In this document: positions 39,613-49,989 of the stretch, one piece after another
How positions within the stretch are numbered: the stretch's first letter is position 1
How the letters are laid out: the number at the start of each line of letters is the position of its first letter
From: Mustelus asterias
Taxonomy: Eukaryota
DNA length: 64,000 bases
Direction: 5' to 3'
Assembly: GCF_964213995.1 (NCBI RefSeq)
Contig: NW_027590479.1
Location: forward strand, 124,001 to 188,000
Program-made: the position numbers and the translations under genes
Notes under the pieces: generated by a model
Told to the model about the DNA's origin: nothing
The model's database searches: none
Seen by the model: the letters and a program-made list of their open reading frames with translations, nothing else

Positions 39613-40606
39613 CATTAAACAGACCTGGCTCAGGTGGTGTCGCCAGTTCAGGTTCTATCTGCGGTTCCGTGTCAACTGTTACATTTCTTAGTTCAACCGC
39701 CTCTTATTCAGGAAGCTGTGGGCTCGGGGCTCCCTTCAGAGACCTGAGCGCACATTCCACTGCCACTTACACTGCCAGTACTAGTGGAGTCCAAGCGTCT
39801 CCGCAGTGGATTGCTCAGATAAACTACTATTTGAGGCTCCGCCTGCCCTTTCTGGAGGATCTTAAACATTTCAGCGCACCAGCCTCTAAAGCAAGGCAGT
39901 TGTCTACAACATTCAAACCTCAGTCGACAAGCTGCAACAGACAACCACGTGACGTGGGATCGTACTCTGTTCATAGCGACTCTTTCCTACATTACAATAG
40001 TCACTGCACTTCAGATTTATTTCATTTTTATTGTGCGCAGGTTGGATGTACTCGGCCGTCCTTCTCTGTCTGTCATTGTTGGCAGCAATAGTAAATAATG
40101 CAACTTGCGGGCCTGCACACATCCTTTTCAGTTTCCCACTCAACACTCGCCCAAACAATGCCAATTGCCTGACTGGGCCTCAGGCCGGCCCTGGGGCGCT
40201 GACTTTTCAAACAACCAAACTGAGATTTCTGTACCAATCCAAGGAGAAAACTTGAGTTCAGTCCTCTAAAATGTCCCTAATTCCTCGCGTGCAACATTTG
40301 ACTGGATTCCAAACAGCTTTCCTTCACTTTTAACGTCATTTGTGGCATGAACATGCACAAGCTCTCTCCTCCATCTTCTCCTCATCCACCTTTTACACAA
40401 GAGCGTTTTTAATGACCTCGTTGCTGTTCCTTGAGCGGACAGAGAAAGCCACAGGATGTCAATTATACCAATCAGGAAAAAAGCCTGATGAACTATATGA
40501 GTTCAACCGAATTTTATCTGGCTGTTTACAAACATGAGCATTTGTAAACATGACTGGAAGTTCACAGCTGCGTTCACCATTTAAATCCTTGAATTTAATT
40601 TGAAGG

Positions 40607-40720
40607 ATGGGCGTGGCCTAATTTACCAGTGTTCGGGTCTGAAGTATTTCAATTCAGCCCTGAGGTCCAGTCTCCCAGAGCAGTCCAGCTCTACAGTCTC
40701 AGTTCCCAGTCATATAAACC
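40607..40720 (+). promoter_or_regulatory. Putative promoter of NAR-TCR V (GC box and TATA), conserved in the inverted copy at about 49690-49800
   Basis: gggcgtggc and catataaacc upstream of both leader exons. Confidence 0.45.
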
Positions 40721-40741
40721 TCAGTTCCAGGCGGCAGAGCG

Positions 40742-41223
40742 TTGGGAATCCTTCTTGTTTTCACCGTGTGTGCCTATTTACCCCATGAGTACCGATCAAA
40801 CTAACCCACATTGTGTGGATTGAACATAAAGCTGCCCCAGTCCATCTCAATTACAAACACTGTCTGGGGTTTTAGCCCCGTTGTGCGGTTCGGCTCTGAT
40901 GGTCCATTAAACTCTCTGTGTTGAATTTCCAGGATGTTTCAGTCAGTCAGTGACTCAAAGCCCGGCAGCGGTGACCAGGAAGGAGTGTCAGTCTCTCACC
41001 ATCACCTGTGTTTTCAATGGTGTTTATGATTTAGAAAATGGCCATTTCTTCAGACAAACCGAGACTGGGACAGAGCGGGAGCGGATCTCCAGCGGAGGGA
41101 GGTTTGTTGTGTCGGTGAATGAAGCAGAAAAGACATTTTCGCTGGAAATTCGGGATATGAGAATTGAAGACACTGCCACCTATTATTGTAAAGCTCAGCA
41201 CTGGTACTACACACATGGGACAC
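40742..41223 (+). pseudogene. NAR-TCR V, copy 1 (leader 40742-40784 defective; V exon 40933-41223 open)
   Basis: QSVTQSPAAVTRKECQSLTITC...RISSGGRFVVSVN..KTFSLEIRDMRIEDTATYYCKA: IgNAR-like V lacking CDR2, with an extra FR1 Cys; start is TTG and donor is ATGAGT. Confidence 0.85.
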
Positions 41224-41251
41224 CACAGTGGAAAAGAGGAGAACAAATACT
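41224..41251 (+). other. 12-RSS of NAR-TCR V1
   Basis: cacagtg-12 bp-acaaatact. Confidence 0.85.
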
Positions 41252-41582
41252 TAAGTATTTCTGAACAAGCGAAGCAATAATTTCCAGGACACGGACCACA
41301 GCTTGTCGGGTTGTTGTTATTATCGTTGCAACATGGTTTAATTTCGTTGTAATTTCCTCCTTTCAGTTATCTTTCTTTAACTTTTTTATTCCATTTCTAC
41401 GAAGCGTCCATCTCCGCTCCGTTCCTGGGCCGTTTTGCCAAGAGTTCAGAGTGTCCCAAGGAACAGTTTGTTCCAATGGGAATTATAAAACTATCATACT
41501 TCATTATTGACCTATAACCCCTGAATAATTGATAAACGCTGACTATTCGGTAATTTTTTCCCCATCAGTTTGAGGTGTCTGT

Positions 41583-41674
41583 CATTCTTGTACTGGGCTG
41601 ACTGAGAGCGCTGACACCGTGGGGAGAATGGAGATTTACAGATGGGTCTGGGACGGTGGTGACTGTCTCAGCTG
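41583..41674 (+). CDS. NAR-TCR J segment, copy 1 (23-RSS 41583-41621, J 41622-41674)
   Basis: cattcttgt-23-caccgtg, then GEWRFTDGSGTVVTVSA and g|gtaag donor. Confidence 0.85.
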
Positions 41675-43710
41675 GTAAGCGACTCCAAATCCCCCGTATT
41701 GCAGAATGTCCTGGTTCGTTTTCGCCGTCAGTTCATTCTTGTAGTGTGTCTCACTTCAATCCTCTGTGACTACAATAGCAGCGTGGGGGAAGGGGGTTTC
41801 TGTGGAAGATTTTCAATTGCAGTTTTAGATTTGGGAGCAGAATAGGAAACTGGAGTCGGGTCCACATTTTGAAGCTATGACTTCTGTCCTAGTGTCAACT
41901 TTGCTTCTCTCTGTGGCTCTTACGAAGGGTCATCCAGACTGGAAAGGTTGACTCTATTCTGTCTCCACAGATGCTGTCAGACCTGTTGAGCTTTCCCAAC
42001 ATTTTTCAGGTTTTGGTGTTGATATAAATCTTTAGCATTAATTTATAGGTTCATTAATGTACGAGTGGAGAAAATGATTCAGATTAAAGAAACATTTAAT
42101 ATGATGCCAGTGAGATAAAAGAAAAGGAAATTAGGAGGAATGTGGAGCGCGCTGCCACATGGAGTGGTTGCAGTAAATGGCGTAAGGAATTTTTCTGACG
42201 GCGTGAAAAATCGAGGAGGGAGAAGGACACAGTGCTCAGTGTACAAAGGTTTCGTTAGGGATCGAGTATGAGAGGGGAGTAGGTACGTGTGCAGTGCAAG
42301 GACAAGCGTACTGTGAGCCGACTGGCCTACTTCTGTTCTGTGGAATCTATATCATATAAAATACAGAGAGGATTCTGCCCAGAAAGCATGGGGAACAATC
42401 AACCAATGGATGGAAGGAATTGAAAATCTCAGGCGCCTCGAAAAGGCAATTTTCACAGGAAGTAACAGTGAGCAAGTCGATCGGGGAAACTGAGCATGCT
42501 GATCTCAACTGACATTGGAGAGTGTCTGGGACAGGTTCTCATGGTGGCAAGAAATCGCAAGCAGTACAAAGAGAACAACTCAGATTTATAAATCCACTGG
42601 TATTAACTGTAAATCATTCTAATATATAATATAAATTGTAGAATTGATGGACGAAACTGTGCAAAGAGTTGGACTGGAGTCAAAGGTTGATCTTTGACAC
42701 AGATATGCAATATCAGTTTCGCTTAATCAGTTTCGCTGGGCGAGTATGACCGTCTTTGCCTGAATCTTGATGCGACCCAGCATATAAAAAGGCAGGGCTA
42801 TTCTCAGTCAATCAACTCTGGACAGCAATTGTTATAGTGAGAAGAGTGAACTTTCATATAATTTCCTCAGGTTTGTAAATCGCCAATATACACAGAAGCA
42901 GACACTAAATATAAAATATAAAATCAGAAACCAGAGAAGGACATCACTCTGACCAAGTGGTCATTCTTTGCAGGTGCTACTGAACTTTTCCTATTTTACC
43001 TTCCTGCTCTTCAAACCCCCGGAATTCTAATCTGATTCTGTATATTTCTTCCATTTACCGTTTGAAAATGAGTGTTGAATTTGTTTCCAACACACATCTC
43101 CAAATAATCCAGATGAGCAAAATTCGCTGTGTACAAAAAAAATCATCTAAGTATCTGCCCCTCGGCTCTTTTGCCATTTTTTTTCAATTCATCCTCTGGA
43201 TGTGGGTGTCCCTAATTGCCTTTGAACAGGATGGCTTGCGAAGCCCATTTTAGAGGGCATTTAAGAGTCAACCGCATTTTTGTGTATCAGGAGCCACATG
43301 TAGGCCAGACCAGATAAGGATGGCAGATTTTCTTCCCTCAAGAACATTAGTGAAACACATGTGGTTTTAACGGCAATCGACAATGTTTTCATAGTCATCT
43401 TTGAATTAACATGCTTGTTTGATTGAAATCAATTCAATATTGAATTGAAATTCAAATTTCACCATCTTCCGTGGCACAATTCGTACCCGTGTCTTCCCGT
43501 ATTACTTGGATACTAAATCTCTGGATTAAGCAATCCAGTCATAATACCACTTTGCCACCGTCTCCCTAATTAATTATAGTGAATAAATGTCGCACACCCT
43601 TCAATGAAACAATTACGGGAAAATGGCGAGCTATTGACGCGATTATATTTCCCTGGGCAAACTAACATGCAACGCAAGTAATGGAATCATAGAAATGCAT
43701 TATTTTATAG

Positions 43711-44025
43711 GTTCTGCAGAATCCAGTTTATCTGTGTCACAGAATCCGTCTCTCCAAACCTGTGCTGCCGACGACACCATTACTTTAAACTGTGAATATC
43801 CAGGATTTTGTCAACACACACTCTACTGGTACCGTCACTCTCCAGGACAGACCCCAAAATACCTGCTTAAGAGACACACATCAGGCGGGGCGAGCAAAGA
43901 AAACGCTGCCGGGCAGAGAATTTCTGCTTCTGTCGACCCTGTCGAAAAAATCAGCTGGTTAAAGATCTCCAAGGTGCAACTGAGCGACTCCGCTGTGTAT
44001 TACTGTGCACTGAGCGGGCGCACAG
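43711..44025 (+). CDS. Leaderless supporting TCR-delta V of NAR-TCR, copy 1 (intact)
   Basis: Phase-1 acceptor; SVSQNP...LNCEYPGFCQHTLYWYR...DSAVYYCALS; extra CDR1 Cys; no leader exon seen between J and V. Confidence 0.85.
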
Positions 44026-44320
44026 CACAGTGATGCAGAACAGGGAGAGAACCGTACAGAAACTTGAACATGGTGAGGATTCCAGACACAGTGATACAGA
44101 ACACGGAGAGAGCTGTACAAATACCTGGACCTGGTGAGGTTTTCAGACACAGTGATACAGAACACGGAGAGCGATGTGCAATAACTTGGACAAGGTGATG
44201 ATTACAGACACAGTGATACAGAACACGGAGAGGGCTGTACAGAAACCTGAACAAGGTGAGGATTACAGACACAGTGATACAGAAGACGGGGAGAGTTATA
44301 CAGAAGCCTGAACATGGTGA
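44026..44320 (+). repeat. Tandem array of five 23-RSS (61-bp unit)
   Basis: cacagtg at 44026, 44087, 44148, 44209 and 44270, each followed by a 23-bp spacer and a nonamer-like sequence. Confidence 0.95.
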
Positions 44321-44340
44321 GCTCACAAGAATCTGAAATG

Positions 44341-44631
44341 CATGTTCAGGTTTTTGTACAGCTGTCTCCTTGTTCTGTATCACTATGTCTGTAATCCTCA
44401 CCATGTCCAAGTTATTGCACAGCTCTCTCCGTGTTCTGTGTCACTGTGTCTGTAACGCTCATCATGTCCAGGTTTTTGTACAACTCTCTCCGTGTTCTGT
44501 ATCACTATGTCTGTAGTCCTCACCATGTCCAATTTATTTCACAGCTCTCTCCGTGTTCTGTATCACTGTGTCTGTAATCCTCACCACGTTCAGGTTTTTG
44601 TACAGCTCTCTCCGTGTTCTGTGTCACTATG
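44341..44631 (-). repeat. Inverted tandem array of five 23-RSS (61-bp unit)
   Basis: Heptamers (plus-strand cactatg or cactgtg) at 44381, 44442, 44503, 44564 and 44625, each 23 bp from a nonamer. Confidence 0.95.
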
Positions 44632-44936
44632 CTGTGCGCCAACTCAGTTCACAGTAATAAACAGCGGAGTCGCTCAGTTAAAGTTTGGAGATCTTTAACC
44701 GGCTGATTTTGACGGAAGAATCGATAGAAGCAGAAATCCTCCCCCCGACCCTGTTTGATTTATTCTCCTCTCCAGAAATGTGTGTCTGAAGCAGGTATTT
44801 CTGAGCCTGTCCTGGGGTCTGAGGGTACCAGTGTACTGTGTACTGACAGGGACCTGAATATTCGCAGCTTCAAATAACCGGTCACCGGCAGCAGAGGTTT
44901 GTCGAAGGGAACTTGGTGACACAGCTGAGCTGGAAT
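44632..44936 (-). pseudogene. Supporting TCR-delta V, copy 2 (pseudogene)
   Basis: CEYSGPCQYTVHWY...KISKL*LSDSAVYYCELS; FR1 frameshift and a TAA stop; CDR1 Cys retained. Confidence 0.85.
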
Positions 44937-45044
44937 CTGCAGTGTGGAAATAAAATGAATTGTTTGTTTATCCACTGTTTACCCGGGAAAACTTGTCAAT
45001 CGGATGAATAACTGTCTGTTGCGGCAATTTGTTTCATTTAATTT

Positions 45045-45372
45045 GGGGGCGGCACGGTGGCACAGTGGTTGCCAATGCTGCCTCACAGCGGCAGGGACCC
45101 AGGTTCAATTCCGGCCTCGGGTCATTGTCTGTGTGGAGTTTGCACATTCTCCCCGTGTCTGTTTGGGTTTCCTCCGGGTGCTCCGATTTCATCCCACAGT
45201 CCAAAGATGTGCAGATTACGTTGATTGGCCAAGGTAAATTGACCCTAGTGTCCGAGGGAGATTAGAAGGATAAATATGTGGGGTTATGGGAATATTGCCT
45301 GGGACTGGGTGGGATGTGGTCGGTACAGACTTGACGGGCCAAATGGCTTCCTTCTGTCCTGTCGGGATTCGA
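45045..45372 (+). mobile_element. HE1-like V-SINE
   Basis: SINE head and core; absent from the matching position of the left arm. Confidence 0.85.
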
Positions 45373-47939
45373 TGAATGTGTTTCAAAATGCATTGATTAT
45401 TGGAAATAAACAAGCGTGGCAGATCTTCAGATCTTTTTTTCACAGAGAATTGCAGTCACCTGAAGTGCACTGCGGAAGGGGTGGTTCTGGAAGCAGATTG
45501 AACATTAACTTGAGGGGCAATTGAGGGGCAAAGACTTCTGGGACAGGACAAGATTCCAGTGGGGACAAAAAGAAGAACGAATGGATATATTGGCAGCAAC
45601 TTCAAATTACTGTCATTATTGACAGAATTGTGTTTCTTTTGCAGAGTATGATTTTATTTTTATTAAATATCTGCTAATAAATATATTGGTGACATGCGAA
45701 CCAGAAAACTAAATCGTAAAGTTCACTCTTCCCTTCAATGAATCAATTGCTGTCTAGATTTGACTGCCCGAAGGAAAATCAGCAGTCTTATATTTCTATA
45801 CATACCAAGGTTCAGCACAGAACAGAGATTTTCGTCCACACCTATTAATCCGAAATGACAATGTAAATCTGTGGGTCAAAGATCGACTTTTGGCCGCAGT
45901 TCAACATTACAAGGTAAATCCAGTCTGCCGTTGGGCTATTTGTCTCTTTCCGTCCATCAATTCTACCGTTTTACTTCCATTAGAAATATTTGCAAGTTGA
46001 TTTCATTTTATTTCTACATCTGAGTTGTTTTCTGTCTGTTCATGGCGGTTTCTAACCGTCATGAAAATTTGCCCTAATTTCTCTCAGTTGTCGGTTGGTT
46101 CAGTCTGTTCAGTTTCCGCAGTGGTTTTACTGTTACTCACTGGGAACTGCCTTTAGGGGATGTGATAATTTCAATCCCTTTAGTCCATTGGCTGATTGTT
46201 CCCTGTCCTTTCCGAACAGAATTGTCTCTGAGTTTTATATTCTACACTTTCCACTTAACACGAATAGGCCACTTGGTCCAGATGATCGAAGCTTGTTCTA
46301 TTACGCCCCTTCTCCTCTCATCCTGAGCTGTGTGTCTATTTATTCCTCTCTCCCGCCCATATTTTTCAAGCTGTGTCATAAATTCATCACGCCGTTTCTC
46401 CAAAGAGCGAGCTTCACATGTTGATGTGTTTCCGTGTAAATATACCCGAATGTATCTATCTCTTCTGATTGTCATTTCATATTTCATATATAAATATCTA
46501 CTTCTTCTGGGGACCCTGGTTCGAATCCTGCCTCGGCAGTTGGTGGAATTTGACTTCAATTTTAAAAAATCTGAAGTTAAGTATCTGCTGCTGACCGTGA
46601 AACCATGTCCGATGTTTAGAAAAAGCCACAGCAATGTGATTGACTCTCAACTGCCCTTAAAAATGGCCTTGCCAGCCATTGATTTGAAGGGCGACCAGGA
46701 ATGCACAATAAATGCTGGCCAACCAGCGATGACATGTCCCACGAATGAATTAAAGAAGAAAAAAGAACAACTCTCCCACCGAAGGAACAGTTTCTGCACA
46801 TGGAGCTCCTTGAAACTACAATATAATGTTCAGTGTTTCTGTGCTGCTTTTTCATGTCTTACCGGACTTCGAAAGACAAAAGGCAAAGCTTTTCCAAACT
46901 TTCGATATCCATATACATTATTGATTATTTATTTTCTCAGAAGTGTAAGAAATTCATGCGGATAATAACTAATCCACCTTGGGGACCCGCTGTACAATTC
47001 AGAAATGTTCAGATCTGACCATCCATGGAACGGTTCAGCTCCCTCAGCCTCGACACAACCCAATCCTTGAGGGATTCATTATGCTTCAATGAGCGCAATC
47101 CCATGTTTTTGAAATCGACAAAAAACATAAAGCAAACGGATTTGTCCACCATTAGCGGTCAATATGTGGAGGAGAATGCAATTCAAAGTTTTCGGAGTTC
47201 TGCCAAAATGATTGTTTATAGGAAGGAAATAAAAATCAGTTCGGATATAATTATTGTTAGTCACTGATTGCACATGAAATGTCACCTACACCTATAAAAT
47301 AAGCTCTCGAAGCTATTTGTGTCATGTTCCCGTTTTCCTGCCGCTGCAGGTATTGGACCTGCCGCTTCAATTTTGGGTTACCTCTCCCGGTACCTCGTTG
47401 ACATTTCCTGGCCTCTGTTAGACCATTTCCTGGAGCAGAGAGAAATCCTGTGCTCGTTGGCTCCGCTCTCTCCCAGCGGAGAGCAGGGAGCAGGGTTCGG
47501 AGCGTCCATAATGTATTTTTATTCACTGATGTGACATGGGCGTCGTCGCTGGCTTGCTGCCCATCCCCAGGTACCCTGAGGCAGTTGTGAGTCAACCACA
47601 TTGCTGTGGCTCTGCTGTCACATGTAGGCCAGACCAGGCAAGGACAGCAGGTTCCCTTCCCTGAAGGGCATTAGTGAATCAGATGGGTTTTTCTGACAAT
47701 CGACAATGGCTTCATGGTCATCAGTAGATTCTTAATTCCAGATATGATTATTGAATTGAAATTCCACCATCTGCGCTGGCGAGACTCCCAGAACTTTAGT
47801 TGTGTTTTTGAATTAATAGCCCAGCGATAATTCCACTTGGCCATCACCTCCCCGAATGTACACTCACTGAAACCAGTTAGGAGAGTGAGAGTGCGGGATG
47901 TTGTGAGGATTACCCGATGCCTTTCTTAAACCATGATTG

Positions 47940-48465
47940 GAGACGCCGGCGTTGGAATGCGGTGGGAACGGTAAGAAGTCTCACAACACCAGGTTAAAGT
48001 CCAACCGCTTTATTTGGAATCACGAGCTTTCGGAGCACTGCTACTTCCTCAGGTGAATGGTGAGTTGGGTTCGCAAACATGGCATATGTAGACAGAGACG
48101 CAATTCCAAGATAATGGTCGGAATGCGCGTCTTTGAGGACCGGGATCTTGGGTTCATGTCACACTACATGTAACCTCTACCATTTTCCCTGGCTTGCAAA
48201 GTCCTACCATCTGTCCTGGTTTGAGACAATTCACACCTCTTTAACCTGTGATTATCCCTCTCTTCACTCGCATTGTCTGCACCTGTAAAGATTTGATTAC
48301 CTGTAATGACTTGCATTCCAACCATTTTCTTGCAATTGCGTCTCTATCTATAGCTGCCATATTTGTGAACCCAACTCTCCACTCACCTGAGAAAGGAGCA
48401 GCGGTCTGAAAGCTCGTCATTCGAAATAAACCTGTCGGCCTTTAATCTAGTGTTGTGAGACTTTT
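47940..48465. mobile_element. Element with about 150-bp inverted repeats (Penelope-like end structure); shorter relative at about 32525-32695
   Basis: aagtctcacaacacc..ttaaag...gagctttc mirrored by gaaagctc...ctttaa...tgttgtgagactt. Confidence 0.6.
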
Positions 48466-48750
48466 TGCTGTTCCTTAAACCAATAATAGCCCAGATAGGA
48501 TCAGCTGAAACTCCTTCCCCGGAGGAAACCTGTCCTTTGGGGTCTCACACTGCTTCAATCTGGTCTCACAGCCGGACTCGACTTCGGTTTCTTACTCTGC
48601 TCCTAAGTCTAAATCTGCAATTCAAAATCTTCCTCAGGAAACCACCCTGCTTTAGAAGCAGACAATTGAACATAACTGATAATGAATTTAAACTGACGGT
48701 GAACACTAACCTAAACAGGCTGCAACATAATGGGATTAGGAGTCACTTAC

Positions 48751-48841
48751 CGGCTGTGACAGTCACCACCGTCCCAGACCCATCTGCAATCTCCATTCTC
48801 CCCACAGTGTCAGCGCTCTCAGTCAGCCCAGCACAAGAATG
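48751..48841 (-). CDS. NAR-TCR J segment, copy 2 (J 48751-48802, 23-RSS 48803-48841)
   Basis: GRMEIADGSGTVVTVTA and g|gtaag donor; consensus heptamer with 23-bp spacer. Confidence 0.85.
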
Positions 48842-49176
48842 ACTGACACCTCAAACTGCCGAGCAGCCATTACCGAACAATCAGTGTTTCTCGATTATTC
48901 AGGGGATTTGAATCAATAATGAACATTGGTTGTTTAAAAACGAAACATCATTGGACAAAATTTTTCCTTCTGACTCTCTGAGCTCCTGGTAAAATTTCCC
49001 AGGAACAGGAGCAGAGATGCAAGATTCTTATTAACAGCGAAAAGCCTTGAAGAATTATAGCTGATGGTGGAAATTACAATGAAATTAAACTAGATTGAAC
49101 TGGGAATAACATCAACCCGACAAGTCAAGTTACCGAACATGGGAATTGCTGGGAATTACAGTTTTGATTGTCCTGA

Positions 49177-49672
49177 GGTTTTTGTCGAACTCTCTCCCAA
49201 TGCGGTGTCCTGTGTGAGTAGTACCAGTGCTGAACTTTACAGTAATAACTGGCACTGTCTTCAACTCTCACGTCAGGAATTTCCAGTGAAAATGTCTTTT
49301 CTGCTTTATTCACCAGTACAATAAATCTCCCTCCGCTGGAGATCCGCTCCTGCTCCGTCCCGGTCTGGATTTGTCTGAAAAAAATGACCATTTTCTAAAT
49401 CATAAACTCCATAGAAAACACAGGTGATGGTAAGAGACTGACACTCCTTCCTGGTCAACGCTGCCAGGCTCTGTGTCACTGACTGATTGAAAGATCCTGG
49501 AAATTAAACACAGAGTTTAATGGACCAAACAAAGGGGCTAAAATCCTAGACAGTGTCTGTAATTGAGATGGACTGGGGCAGCTTTATATTCAATCCACGC
49601 AATGTGGGTGAGTTTGATCGGTACTCATCAGGGTAAACAGGCACACAGGGTGAAAACAAGAAGGATTCCCAT
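49177..49672 (-). pseudogene. NAR-TCR V, copy 2 (12-RSS 49177-49204, V 49205-49496, leader about 49630-49672)
   Basis: MGILLVFTLCACLP leader with damaged donor; +1 frameshift in a T run; YYCKVQHWYYSHRT; cgcattg-12-acaaaaacc. Confidence 0.85.
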
Positions 49673-49989
49673 CGTTCTGCTAACGGTTTATATGCCAGGG
49701 AGCTGAGACTACAGAGTTGGACTGCTCTGGGAGACTGGATATCAGAGCTGCACTGAAGTACTTCAGACTCGAACATTGGTAAATTAGGCCACGCCCACAG
49801 TTTAAAATGAAACTCAAGTATTTAAATGGGGAACTGAGCTGTGAATTTTCAGTCGAAACTCCCGGCAGCGAGAATCCAGAATTTCAGCAGGTGTTCGACA
49901 GTTGTGGGTGGCATGCTCTACTTGGTCTCGAGTACATTATTTATTGTTATTGATTCAGGGGATGTGGGCTTCGCTGGCGATGCCAGGTG

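Noticed and set aside
41252-41582. Possible D segment between NAR V and J
   Set aside because: No convincing heptamer/nonamer pair in either copy by eye; a very degenerate D cannot be fully excluded
40933-41674. IgNAR antibody cluster
   Set aside because: No IgNAR constant exons follow; J is followed by a leaderless TCR-type V with a CDR1 Cys, which is the NAR-TCR layout
44026-44631. CRISPR-like repeat array
   Set aside because: Vertebrate DNA with no cas genes; the whole 61-bp unit repeats with no unique spacers, and it parses exactly as RSS
46242-46965. 211-aa and 130-aa ORFs
   Set aside because: They span intron and SINE-like sequence in the duplicated arm and show no protein motifs
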